A stretch of DNA of 64,000 bases from Callorhinchus milii (lineage: Eukaryota), in contig NW_024704742.1 in assembly GCF_018977255.1 (NCBI RefSeq), forward strand, positions 81,718,001 to 81,782,000, given 5' to 3'. Positions 1-11,850 of the stretch are shown here, piece by piece. A program made the position numbers and the translations under genes. The stretch's first letter is position 1. Each line of letters begins with the position of its first letter. The notes below the pieces were generated by a model that saw only the letters and a list, made by a program, of their open reading frames with translations, had not been told where the DNA came from and searched no databases.

Positions 1-11
1 CCAGAGAAGCA

Positions 12-288
12 CTGAATCAGACTTTGTGTTTTGAAGCCCCATATTGGGACTTTGAGCTTACAGTGACGCTGACATACCAATACAGTGTGCTGAGTGATTC
101 GAAGTGCCCCCTTTTAACATCAGCCTGAACAGGCCGACGAGGACTTCAGTTTAATGTTAAACTGAAATTGGTCACATGCTTCATGGCCATTTGTGGGAGA
201 CTGCTGTGTGCAAAATTGACTTCCGCATTTTCCTACGAAATGCACAGTCAGTACATTTTTACAGTACGGCAAGTCCTGTGAAGCACTT
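12..288 (+). mobile_element. Degraded Deu-domain SINE (old family)
   Basis: Head remnant 'ctgaatcagac...tgaagcccca' and 3' Deu-type block 'tttgtgggagactgctgtgtgcaaaattgacttccgcattttcctac...ctgtgaagcactt'. Confidence 0.6.
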
Positions 289-494
289 CACCTTGCTCCC
301 TCCCTTGCTTCCTTCAAGGCATATCTCAAGACACTCCACTTTGACGGTGCCTTTGATCACCCTCCTATCCTTCTTGCCCTCCACCCCTGCTGCTCCCAAC
401 CACCAGCTCAGGTCTAAATGCCTGACTGTTCAGTGCCTTGGGATGTCCTCCCGATGTGAAACATGCTATACAAATGTAATTTATTATTGTTGTT
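289..494 (+). mobile_element. L2 LINE 3' end
   Basis: Matches the 3' end of the L2 copies at 18255-18762 and 20856; tail 'cagtgccttgggatgtcctcccgatgtgaaa...tacaaatgtaatttattattgttgtt'. Confidence 0.8.
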
Positions 495-2873
495 AAAACT
501 GGTTTCAGCCTGAATCTTAGACTTCCCCGACATGAAATGCTCTATATCAAATGTAGAGTATTATTATAATTGTTATTATTGTTGATGCTGTGTAAGAAGA
601 GGTGGGAAATTAGCACAATAAAGTGAAAAACAAGTTAAATGAAATACCAGTGTGGCAGACAAGCCCAACAATTGAAGTAGGATTGAATAACTTGCATGCA
701 CATAATTGTGGTAGAACATAGCAATGTCTCTTCTTCAAAGAATCTTTATTTTGACAGTAGCAGCTTAGAACAGCAGTGACATGACAGTGCTGCTGGTGGG
801 TGAACAGCAGGAGAGAGTTCAGTGTATGCAAGCTGTCCTTGCCATATTTCCATCAACTATGATAAGGTGACTCACCCAGTTTAACAATGTAGCATTCTCA
901 ACATAGCAAACGCCCTGCCCTGTCAGAAATAAGGTCTGGTACCAGGCCATTTCAAATGGGATTCCTTAATAATGAAAAGGGGATGCTGACTCACAGGAAT
1001 GCTATTCTGACAAAATCTACTTTGAAGCAGAGGTCCCACACTACAGTGTACTGTGTCAGTCATAAATCTGGTTAATGGAAAGAGTCCCCACTTGGTTTCC
1101 CTTTTGAGGAATCCTGTTAAAAATCAATACCAATTAGATCCTATTCTTGTAAAAGACCTAGAGAAAGCTGGGCCCAAGAGAATGTGGACAATTGGCCCGT
1201 TTGATGATAATGCAGCTCATGGGGGTGTGAGGTAGGGAGCTTACAGATGTGTTTATGGAATGGGAATTACTCTCTGTGAGAGAGTAATTGCATGATAATT
1301 GCATGTGAATGATTAAATAATGATAAATAATAATAACAATAACGATCCTTACATTTGATGTTGCAGCTCTTTTAATCCACTTTTTTGCCTCTCTCCTTTA
1401 TGTCTCTATTACCCAAATATCTGTTTATCTGCTACTACCAGCATTCTATCAGTGTAGCTCAAGCCAAACACAGCACACTGTCGAGCAGCTCAATATTCTC
1501 AGGTTCCACCCATCACCAATCATCTCCCCTGCCATTTTCACTGTGGCCTAGAGAAGGGAGTATTTCCTTGCCAACAATTCCCAGGATAAAATTGGTCATT
1601 CATGTCATGACTGTTTGCCGCATTTACACATTCATCAGATTTTAGAGTGAATCCTCTGAAGCACTTTAAGACATCTTGATGATGTGATAAGGCAGTATAT
1701 AAAATGCAAGGATTATTATTTGAATGATTTTTACATTTCATTTTGATTTGTATTTGATATTTTTGCATTTGATATGCATGGATTATTATTTTAAAATAAT
1801 ATCTTTAAAATAATAATCATTGCATTTGATACAACGCCTTATAACAATGTTGAAATGTCTCTAAGCGCTTCTCAGGATTTATTGTACTATAAAGTGATTG
1901 TGTAATTTGAAGGCAAACTCCGTAGAAAATTTGTGACAGACAGCCATGAAATGAATGAACAATTTTACTTGATAAAATTATCAGATTTTTTATCTGGTAA
2001 TGAAATTAAAATCAATTTTCAGTTATTCCTCCAGGCACCTGATATGCTACAAACCACGACTGTCAAATCCAAGGCTGAGGAGTCAGTGCTGTTTCTCTAT
2101 CAGTGTCCATTCCTTGTGTGTTTTTTCCCTCTATATAAGTTAAAGCAATAAATCACTTTCCATCTCATGTTCCCGCATCAGTGCAATAATTAATCATCTT
2201 GTCCGGTAGCGTTTAAACACGCTGTCTGGTGACTCGTAATTTGTGAGCTTTCAATGCTCCCCGATACCCTGTAAATTTAATTTAGCTGGATAAATAGTGC
2301 TGCATTCAAACAGTGATAAAAAATAATGGTCCTGTGTGAAGAAGGGGGTTAGTCTTTCTGTTTCCTTTTTAAAAATTGCTTGGCGTGCTGACACCTGTGT
2401 AAATGTTGTGGAAGGTTACTGTAAGATAGTTTTATAATAGGGTAATCTCTTAGGTTCCACCCAGCTTCTGTGGGGTCAATAAGCTTGCTGCATTAACAGG
2501 TAAATCTATATCTAGAAGTACATTCTTCAGACACGCCTGTCATCTGGTGTCTTGAACTTAATGGCAGGGAAAGAGGAAAGATGATCCTTTTTGATGAAGA
2601 AGATGGAGCCTTCAAGTGAGATACATGAACATAGGTTTGATGGTAAGCTATAGCATTCTCTGGCAACGTCTACACACTGGTAACTGAAATGTCATACTCA
2701 GCTTGTCCGGTTAGGTGGGCGGGTGGTTGGGAGGGCACCTACAAACTTCAACCCATTTACAAATGCCTCTTCAGGAAGTAATTGAGCTGATTAGGCAAAG
2801 ATTGACCAAGCCAGAATTCTAAATGTGTGGTTTTGCTTTAGGATTACAAGAAAACTCTGTCATGCTGACACCT

Positions 2874-3028
2874 GGAGTCCTGTAGCTCAGTGGTTAGAGC
2901 ACTCGCTTTGCAAGTGAGAGACCTGAGTTCAATTCACTTTACAGTGTGTTCTGCGAAGCGTTTTGGGACGTCCTCCTGACGTGAAAAGCGCTATATCAAA
3001 TGCAAGGATTATTATTATTATTATTATT
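2874..3028 (+). mobile_element. Young tRNA-Ala-derived SINE, internally deleted (head fused to tail)
   Basis: A-box 'tagctcagtgg', anticodon arm ctcgc-TTTGCAA-gtgag and B-box-like 'gagttcaattc' joined directly to the 3' tail and (ATT)n; flanked by ACCT duplication. Confidence 0.9.
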
Positions 3029-3109
3029 ACCTGTGTAAATGCAATGGAAGGTTACTGTAAGCTAATTGTTTTATTGGGCAATCTCTTAGGTTACACCCAG
3101 CTTCTGTGC

Positions 3110-3205
3110 AAAAGGTTGTCAACCTGAAGCATTAACTCACTTTCCTCTCTCCATAGATGCTGCTTGACCTGCTGAGTGTTCCCAGCAACTTCTGTTTCTA
3201 TTTCT
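3110..3205 (+). mobile_element. Penelope-type terminal-repeat remnant
   Basis: 'actcactttcctctctccatagatgctgcttgacctgctgagtgttcccagc' matches the right arm of the 32035-32264 element. Confidence 0.65.
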
Positions 3206-3354
3206 TTTCTTTTTGAATATCACCCTAGAGTTTGGAGATGTAAGTTGCTGAACTGTGGTCATGTCCATGCTATATTTTTAAAAATAGTTATGCCGCACTA
3301 AACAGTCATTACATGTGACAGATACGACTGAAATGCTTTGAGACGCTTTAACAT

Positions 3355-3450
3355 AAAATCATAGAAATTTATAGCATGGAATGAGACCAGTTAGCCCATC
3401 AGGTCTGCACTGGCTCTCAGAGCCTTAATGCCCTGCCCTACCCACATGCC
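3355..3450 (-). mobile_element. CR1 LINE 3' end, degraded
   Basis: 'aatcatagaaatttatagcatggaatgagaccagttagcccatc' resembles the reverse complement of the CR1 3' end at 6250-6415. Confidence 0.55.
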
Positions 3451-4349
3451 ACTTCAAGCCTTTGACTCACAATGGACTCTGACAACCGGACTCAAAAAAC
3501 ACAAATTCTTTCTTTTTTTGCATCAGAAAAAAATGGGCCTGCATATCTAATCAAACAGTTACATTTAGCAAAGAAAACAAGGAAATAGCTTTTAAAACAG
3601 ATCATTTGTAAACTGTGTGTGGTTTCGAGCCACCAGGGTCAATAAAAAAGGAATTCATTGGGAAAAGTCACATTGACAAAAAGTGTGAGCCAAACCAATC
3701 TTTAGGATTTCTATTAATCTTTATCATTAAGTGCTTCAAGACATTATTCCATGTGAAGGGCACTATATAATTGCAAGTTATTGATGTTGTCATTATTTAA
3801 TCATTTACAGGATTGGGAGTGAACCATTTTCCTCTCCCTTCACTGCGACCACTCCAACACTTCCCCTCTCTCCCCCATCACCACAGCCCCCACTCCACCT
3901 AACTTCACCACAATATTTTGGAACAAACCAATGCAGTCTCTGCCACCACCAGCCCCTCTGCATCACCCTGCATTCAAGTCCCTCGGAAAGAGATTCATAA
4001 AGTTTTCAACAAGATTGAAAATGAAACCCGCAACAGTTCACATTTTATTACACCTACCCAGTAAATCTGATGAAATGAATGTGGGTGAATTACTAGTAGC
4101 CATTAAATCAAACCAGGGAGACAGACAGAATGTGTTTTGTCAAAGATGAGAATGTTGCCCCCAAACTGAACACTAAAATTTTAAGGCTTGAAACACCTCC
4201 AAATCTTAGCCTTTAAAACGATTTTGTCTTAAAATTTAAGATTGCACCAAATTGTGAACAATTTTAATAATCAGTCTTAATCTAGAAGCTCTTTTCCTGT
4301 AGTCCTTGAAAGGAAACCAGCTTTTAAATTAATAAAGACACGAACAATA

Positions 4350-4450
4350 TTTCTTTCCCTCATCTACATGTTTCCAATTGGTGGCATCATCTGTAGACAT
4401 GGGGTCAACTAGTTCCACTTGTTTGAAGATGACACCAAAATCTACTTTTC
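4350..4450 (+). mobile_element. L2 RT fragment
   Basis: Translates roughly as LIYMFPIGGIICRHGVN.FHLFEDDTKIY, a decayed version of the [27 protein letters not shown] block in ORF 21874-22386. Confidence 0.7.
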
Positions 4451-4888
4451 TTCCTGCAGATAACAGACAGCAAGCTCTGGATGAAAAACATATTTTCTGC
4501 AGCTCAACATGAACAAGATGGAACCATGCTCTTGGCCCCTGCAAGCTGTTGTTGCTGTCAAATTTAAGAAGTTTCCACAATTTTGCACAATCTTAAATTT
4601 AAGGGTTGTTTTGGCTAAGACTAGCTGACAAACCTTTACAAGGTAAAACATCTGTTTGACATTACTCATATAGCCTTTTGTCAATGCGTGAATATAATGT
4701 GAAATTCCATTAGTTGCTGAGTTACCACATGGAACTGAATGGAAATTTTATCTGTAAGTGTCTAAAAGAACTGGTGGAAACAACAACAACAAATTACATT
4801 TGTATAGCGCCTTTCATGTCGGCAAGACATCCCAAGGCACTGAAAATGTGCTGAGGAGACACAGGGGATCACCACAGAGACATATGGA

Positions 4889-5200
4889 GGAGTCCTGTAG
4901 CTCAGTGGTTAGAGCACTCACCTTGCAAGCGAGACACCTGGGTTCAATTCCAGGCAGGGCAAAACCTTGGTTTCCTCACTCCACACGCCTAATAATAATC
5001 CCTCCAAAACTAAAAAACAATAATAAATTGGTCATTTTCAATCCATGACTGTTTGTGGGACACTGCTGTGCGCAATTGGCTGTTGCATTTCGCCCACAAA
5101 TATAGAGTCAATTCACTTTACCGTCTATTCTGTGAAGCTCTTTGAGACATCGAGACGACGTGAAAAGCACTATATCAAATGCAAGGATTATTATTATTAT
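4889..5200 (+). mobile_element. Young tRNA-Ala SINE, full-length short form
   Basis: tRNA-like head, body 'ctgtttgtgggacactgctgtgcgcaattggctg', tail 'aaagcactatatcaaatgcaaggattattatt'. Confidence 0.92.
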
Positions 5201-5908
5201 ATGAAATGTCACATCTGCAAACCCACAAACTCCATCCAGACCATGCTCTCTCTTTGTTAATTAAAGATCTTCAATATCACAGAAAAGTATGTTTTAGGCA
5301 ACTGCAGCAGGAACAAGGACAAAGGCCGGTGTACCAGCTGGGTCACAATAAAGCCATTGAACATAAGTTGTGGACTACTTCCATGCCGTAAACAAGGAGA
5401 AACTTAGAAATAAGAAACTATGGAATGAGCGCATGAAGAAATGAGCAACAATGTGAGGATAAACAGTGTAATCCCCATTACTGCATCTTCTCGTCCATGT
5501 GGATCTGGGAAAAGATTGGTTCTAAATCCAAAGACAAATAGCACATATATCACATGGTTTAGAGCCTAATCAACAGGATTATCTACCTGCTGGTTTCTGT
5601 GTGTTTTATTCTCTTTGTATTATTTGTTCTGTAGTAACAAGATTAACCAGTTAGCAATTGTGTGCATGTTACAAAATCATTCATTATTTAAAACTTCAGC
5701 TTTTTTCTGATATATTTTTTTTGTCGACTGATCAAATGGATATTTCACCCACAAAACACAATCACACCACTTTACAGTATATTATGTGAAGCACTTTGAA
5801 ACATCCTCCTGATCTGAAAACTTATATACCAAATGTATGGATTAATTTTATATTGAATGCAACACCTTTCCTAAAATGTGCATTATGGTCATGTTTAACT
5901 GATGTTTA

Positions 5909-6230
5909 ACCTGTAGCTCAGTGGTTAGAGAACTCACCTTACAAGCGAGAGACCTGAGTTCAAGAATCACAACAACTTGCATTTATATAGTGCCCTGCAC
6001 TTGAGGTAGCACCTCAGAATGCTTAACTGTGGTGGAACTTGACACTGATCCAGGGATAGGCATGGTCGAAGGGAGAAGTCTTCAGGTTTGATCTGAACAC
6101 AGGCAAGGAGGAGGCAAGACAGAGGGATTAAGGCAGAGTACCATAGTTTTGATGCATAGTGTCTGAAACGGTGGAACGGAGGGGACGAGGGATGTGCAGA
6201 AGGCCAGAGTCCAGCTGAAGGGGGCAGATA
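5909..6230. mobile_element. SINE head only (5909-5963, +) abutting an L2 3' end (~5968-6230, -)
   Basis: 'cctgtagctcagtggttagag...gacctgagttcaa' followed by 'acaacaacttgcatttatatagtgccc' (reverse L2 tail). Confidence 0.7.
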
Positions 6231-6249
6231 GAGGAGTCGGGAGTAAGCA

Positions 6250-6415
6250 GGTTTTAAGAGAGAATTGGATACGTATCTGGGGAAGATGGGGTTGCAGGGT
6301 TATAGGGAGAAAGCTGGTGATTGGGGTTAGTGAAAGTGACTTGCTTTGTCAAAGAGCCGGCACAGACTTGATGGGCCGAACGGCCTCCTTCTGTGCCGTA
6401 ACATTCTATGAATCA
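6250..6415 (+). mobile_element. CR1 LINE 3' end
   Basis: End of ORF2 (FKRELDTYL) then 'gatgggccgaacggcctccttctgtgccgtaacattctatga', the CR1 terminal stem-loop and tail. Confidence 0.85.
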
Positions 6416-6600
6416 CTGAATGGGAAGGGATATGTGCCCGAGCTGCAGACAAGAAGATGGTGGCAATGCTCTCAGCTATTTTATGCTAAGATGTGTTGCT
6501 TATTGGGAAGCTCTCAGGGAGTTCATTGTACCTACCATTCACCTAGTGAGGGCTCAAAGCTTCACTTGTCAGATGATGAACGACCAACTAATGATTATCT

Positions 6601-6763
6601 TCCTTGGGGGGAGGTAAGCGGGGTTTCCTTCGAGTTGAACTGGATTCACAGTGAGATGCCTGGCAATGGAATGTTGGAATTGAGCCAGCCCATTGTGGTA
6701 GTCTTGGTAGTCCACTTCCTGAGCCAAGTGGGTCCGTAGTATTTCAGGGCAGACCAGTCACTG
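6601..6763 (-). repeat. Unclassified ancient dispersed repeat, copy A
   Basis: Reverse complement aligns with 63233-63393 (16-nt exact match cagtgactggtctgcc plus a further diverged block) and with the 3' part of 33280-33544. Confidence 0.7.
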
Positions 6764-7324
6764 GGGGCAAGCAGTCAACCCACTGAGTTTAACAAAATGG
6801 AGGGAACAAGTAGAAGAATAGGGTAGAATTTCACAGAGATAGAGAGGTGTTGGGATGTGGAGGGTTGATAGCTGAGGGTGAGGAGGACCTTGAAGTCCAT
6901 CTGGAGCATTAGCAGGAACAGAAATCTATATCAAAATTATCTCAAAATCTCAATCTTTGTGGTAAGTGAAGTGCTTTATTGATCTCAACATCTCCAGCCA
7001 ACAACCTACTTATCCTTTCACTAGTAGCAAGGTTACATGAAGCCTGTTGAGATCCACAGTTGAAAATACCCATTTAAGACCACTGCGTGGCTAGGTCCCA
7101 AGGTTATGCAAAATCGACTCAAGGAAGCACTAAAATTAAGTTGTTTAAAGTACTGACATCTACTGATCCAGTATCGAATCAGTTTCAGTGAGGCTGTTGA
7201 ATTATGCACCTTAAGCAGAACCATCCCTTTAAACCAGCAGCTTTCTGATCTGGGTGTATATGGGATGAATCTTTGCCTGAACAAACCACCCTCTCAATGC
7301 TCTGCCTGCATCAAGCATCAAGCA

Positions 7325-8171
7325 TCCTATATCCCTGATGTTCTGACAGCCTGCCTATCAAACCTCAGGAGCTGGATGAGCGCAAATTTCCTTCAACTGA
7401 ACTTTGACAAGATGGAAGCCATACTCTTTGACTCTCGTCAATATCTAAAACCTGATGGTTCTCACCTCTTTCACTTACCCGACCTCCCACTAAAACTCTC
7501 CAAACCCATATGCAACCTAGGCGTCAGGTTCGACCCCCAATTATTCTTCCTCCCCCACATCCGGTCCCTCACCAGCACCGCTTTCTTCCACCTCCGACGC
7601 ATCGCCCATCTCCGCCAATACCTCCCTCCGAAAGCCACTGATACCCTGGTCCATGCCTTTGCCACCTCTTAGCTGGACTACTCCAACGCCATCCTCGTCG
7701 GTCTCCCCTCTACTACCATCCATAAAATCCAGATTATTCAAAACTCTGCCGCCCACATTCTCATCCGCTCCCTGATTGCTCCAGTCCTTGTCAGACTGCC
7801 TGTCCCAGAGAGGATCAACTTTAAGATCCTCACCCTTGTCTTCAAATCTCTCCACTCCTCTGCACCCCCCTACCTCTCTGACCTCGTCTCTCCTCAAAAC
7901 AGTTCCCGTTGCCTCCATTCCTCCAGGTCTGGCCTCCTCCTTGGCCCCCGAGTCCTCCACTCCATCCTCGGTGGCCGTGCCTTCAGCCACTATGCTCCGA
8001 GGCTCTGGAACTCCCTGTCTCACTCGCTTCGCTTCACCCCCTCTCTTCCTATGTTCAGGTCTCTGCTGAAGATCTTTCTTTTCGACTGCGCCTTTGGTCA
8101 CCTTCCTCCCTTTCCCTCTGGCTCGGTATGGCGTGGAGGGCGTTATATAAATCCAAGTTGTTGTTGTTGTT
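7325..8171 (+). mobile_element. 5'-truncated L2 LINE (ORF2 C-terminal region), second L2 tail type
   Basis: ORF 7265-7672 contains CLSNLRSWMSANFLQLNFDKMEAI...NLGVRFD...FFHLRRIAHLR...LVHAFATS; ends 'ggagggcgttatataaatccaag(ttg)n'. Confidence 0.93.
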
Positions 8172-8176
8172 ATAAT

Positions 8177-8268
8177 AAAAACTCAAAATACTGCAGATGC
8201 TGGAAATCCGAAACAAAAACAGAAGTCGCTCGGAACAATCGGGTCCATGACCCTTTGTCAGAACTGTC
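8177..8268 (-). mobile_element. Penelope-type terminal-repeat remnant with degenerate hammerhead core
   Basis: Reverse strand reads cagtt-CTGACAA-agggtc-atg-gaccc-GA(ttg), then 'ttcggatttccagcatctgcagtattttg'. Confidence 0.7.
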
Positions 8269-8390
8269 CAATAGCTCAGCGATTAGAGCACTCGCTTTGC
8301 AAGCGAGAAACCTGGGTTCGATTCCCGGCAGGGTGAAACCTTGGGCAAGTTTCCTTGCTTCATATGCCTGATAATAATCCCTCAAAAATC
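8268..8390 (+). mobile_element. Young SINE, 5' half
   Basis: 'tagctcagcgattagagcactcgctttgcaagcgagaaacctgggttcgattcccggcagggtgaaaccttgggcaagtttcc'. Confidence 0.88.
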
Positions 8391-9649
8391 ATCTGGGTCC
8401 CAGACACACCTTTTCTCTCGCTTGTCTGCCTATTTTGCTGCAATTCTTTTCCCTTGTGTTCTGCAGTGTTAACACCTCTTTTCCCCTGTTTTGTTGCAAA
8501 CCCCCCTTTGTTTTGCATTATTAACACCTCTTTAACCCATCATCCCCTTTCCTCTACCCCATTTTCTCCTTTGTCTGTACCATTAAGCAAGAATGTTACA
8601 GAACAAATGCAAGAATGAATATGAAGAATAAACATAATAATCCTTGCATTTGATATATCTAGCGCATTATCATGTCATTGACATGTCTCAAAGTGCTTCA
8701 CAATCTTCAATGTCAGCGCCTTGGGATGTCCTCCCGACTTGAAAGGTGCTTTATAAATGTAATTTTGTTGTGGTTGTAATGACTGTGCATTGCAGGCAAA
8801 CACAGAAAAACAGCTCATAACATTATTGGGGTCTAATTTATAGCATTTCTTAATGGGATTTCTTACACAGAGGGAGAAAGCATTATGGTAATCAAAAGTT
8901 CATGCCAACTGAAAGAAGTCTGCTCTGACTTCCGAAGCAGGGTTGGATGGGAATTCTAACATACCACATATTAGACTGTAAATTAATAGCTCCACCAAGG
9001 ATTCAGGACATGAAATCAATTTTGATGCAACTAAATAATTGAGAGAAAATAGCACACGAATGAAAACAGACTTCTTATTAAGGAATCTCACTGGAAAACT
9101 CGTACTTTACACCGCTTCTATTTTTCTCTCAAAACGTTGATCAACTTGCTGTGCATTTCCAACTATTGCTGATTTTATTTCGGGAAAATTAAAGAACCCT
9201 TCAGCCCATCGGTGGAAAGGTATGCTGGTTTAGAGTGGCGTAGGATTGTAACATTCTTCTGCAACTGCTACTGGTAATGTGACATCCCTGGTCTGACACC
9301 AAGTCACTGTTGATACCGCACCAGCAATCTAATTGAATGTTGCTTCATCCTCCAGAGGCCTTGTGCTGCCAAAAGACCAGGTGAATTTGGCAGCCACTCC
9401 AGAGGTATTGATGTCCCTGAGGGTACCACGGACAGAATGGTACAGATTATGTTACTGATGGCCATCATACTATATTTTCTGTGGCACACATGGTGCAGCA
9501 CTATAACAAGCAGACGTCGCCCCTTCACTCCTTGTATTACTAATGTCTGCCTTGTGACTTGCAGTAGTGATGGGAATGCATTGTGTCTGCGTTGGGATGG
9601 TGGGGAGAACTGGTACGTGCATTGAATAAAAGTGACGAGGTGATGTTGA

Positions 9650-9870
9650 ATCTGTAGAGAACATTGGTTAGATCACATTTGGAGTACTATTTCCAATTCT
9701 GGTCACCACACTACAAGAAGAGTATAGCAGTGATGGAAGGAGTACAGAAGCATAGGTTTACCAGGATGATACTAAGGCTGGCAGTTTACTGCTAACAGGA
9801 TATACTGGAAAGCTAGAGAAGAGATGTTTATGATGGGACCTAATAGAAGTGATCAAAATTATAAAAGGGT
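9650..9870 (+). mobile_element. CR1 ORF2 fragment
   Basis: Translates as LVRSHLEYYFQFWSPHYKKSIAVMEGVQ, the CR1 C-terminal motif also present in ORF 37115-37849. Confidence 0.85.
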
Positions 9871-10441
9871 GCTGCTGATCTGGAATCTCAAGAGACTCAT
9901 TGCAAAACGATTCCCCTGAAATTGGTGCTGGTGGTGCTGACTCCCAAATCTCACGCTGAAGCTAGATTTCAATGTATATTCTGTGATGGGCTGAGGGGTT
10001 CTTTAATTTTCCCGAAATAAAACCAGCAATGGTTAGAAATGCACAGCAAGTTGATCATCTTGAAGAAGTGATGAGGCGCTATATCAAATGCAAGGATTAT
10101 TATTATTATTTTTGCTGGTAGCTCCCATGCCCTGTCCTCACCTTCTTCTCTCAGTCTTTATATGTATGTATGTAGATATGTAGATACTCATCTACATGAG
10201 AATGATGTCTCACTTTGAATGGTCAAATGATACAGTGGATCACAACCAGATGTTCTTCTTTCCTCTTTCTCTGACTACAGCAAAATGCAGATTAATTGAA
10301 CTTGCATCATGTCCTTTAACATTCCACTTCCTATTATGGAGCCCCTGAGCCCTCATCCCTCCCCCAACGTATGCCTCAGCACTTGCTTTGTTGAAGAAGG
10401 ACGTACAGAGTTGTTAGCAGAGAAAGCTTCAACTTCTCCTG

Positions 10442-10661
10442 TAATAATAATAATAATAATCCTTGCATTTGATATAGCGCTTTTCACGTCGGGAGGACGT
10501 CCCAAAGCGCTTCACAGAACACACTGTAAAGTGAATTGACTGTATATTTGTGGGCGAACGCGGCAGCCAATTGCGCACAGCAATGTCCCACAAACAGTCG
10601 TGGATTGAAAATGACCAATTTATTATTGTTTTTGGTTTTGGAGATTATTATTAGGCGTGTG
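10442..10661 (-). mobile_element. Young SINE, 5'-truncated
   Basis: Near-identical to the 3' two-thirds of 27875-28198. Confidence 0.92.
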
Positions 10662-11659
10662 TACCCTTCTCAGGGCCCAAGCCCCTTGCGGTGCCTTGTC
10701 TTGCACAAGGGGAGCAAGTTTTAAATGATTATGTGCACATCACGTCCGAGTCCCTGAACCACGAAGGAGAAACCGAGATGCATTTCTCGCATATTTCACA
10801 CACAGAACAACTTTCATTTTGTGTGTGTGCAAAACTGATAGCCTTATTTACAGCCTCAGGAATGTTCTTCGAGTCTGCTGGGAATGCCTGAGGAAAAATG
10901 GCAGCAGACAAGGATAAATTGCTGACAGCGCACACTTTGAAATCAAAAGTTCCTAGGAGCAATCTGCTCTGTCAGTGCATTTATGTCTAAATTATTTAAT
11001 ACCTCACAAAAGTCCAAATTGACATCAACAACAACAAGATTACATTTGTATAGCAGCTTTCATTACTAGAAGATGTCCCAAGGTGCTGGACAGAGTACAG
11101 CATTTCAGACCTGAGCTTGGGTCGGGGAGGGGGGGGGTGTGGAAGGGAGGGGAGTGACCAATGGCATGGTCGAAGAGGAGGGTTTTGAGGTGGGATATGA
11201 AGGAGGCTAAGGTGACATCTCAAAGTGCTTCACAGAATAGACTGTAAAGAGAACTGACTGTATATTTTGTGGGCGAAACACGACAGCCATTTGCGCACAG
11301 CAGTGTCCCACAAATGTTTTGCTGGTAGCTCCTGTGACTTGTTCTCACCCTTTACTCTCAGTGTTTGGTGCAGATGCTCATCTACATGAGGATGGTGTCA
11401 CACCATGAGGATGGTGAATGACTAAATGATACAGTACATTACAGCCAGATGTTCTCCTTGCTTCTTTCTCTGACGAAAGCAAAGTGCAGATAACTTGAAC
11501 TTGAACAGTCCAAATAACAGACATTGATTAAGAGTAGAACTCTTCAGTCTTGAAAGAAGATATGTGTGAGGGGAACTTAAAGAGGGGTATTGCATTTTAA
11601 ATAAGATTGAGAAAGTACACACAGAACAATACTTTATTGCACCAAGACAGCAAAGCAAG

Positions 11660-11850
11660 CAGACATAGGTTTAGAGTTGTAAAAGGCAATTTCAGAATAG
11701 ACACCAGGAAGATTTTTCTTTACCGAGAGTGTGATCAACGACTAGAACAGGTTACCAGGCCATGACACTGGACTCAGTTTAAGATTGGGTGTTCTGGAAA
11801 AATAAGATCAAATGGGCCAAAGGGTCTTATTGATCTGAACTCATCTTGTG
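11660..11850 (+). mobile_element. CR1 3' fragment, degraded
   Basis: 'acataggtttagagttgtaaaaggcaatttcagaatagacaccaggaagatttttc...' is homologous to 40175-40410. Confidence 0.7.

Noticed and set aside
1783..1817. AT-only palindrome ttattattttaaa...tttaaaataataa
   Set aside because: Low complexity, formed where two opposite SINE tails meet.
6194..6739. 181-aa ORF as an exon
   Set aside because: It runs across an L2 remnant, a CR1 3' end and an unclassified repeat, with no recognisable domain.
8268..8340. tRNA-Ala(TGC) gene (and similar heads at 2874, 4889, 21770, 28125, 43081, 45729)
   Set aside because: Each head runs into SINE body sequence with no Pol III terminator and has a degenerate acceptor stem.
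9138..10057. DNA transposon with 73-bp TIRs
   Set aside because: No TSD; the interior is ordinary DNA plus a CR1 fragment; the right arm interrupts a SINE tail. Reinterpreted as a templated insertion.
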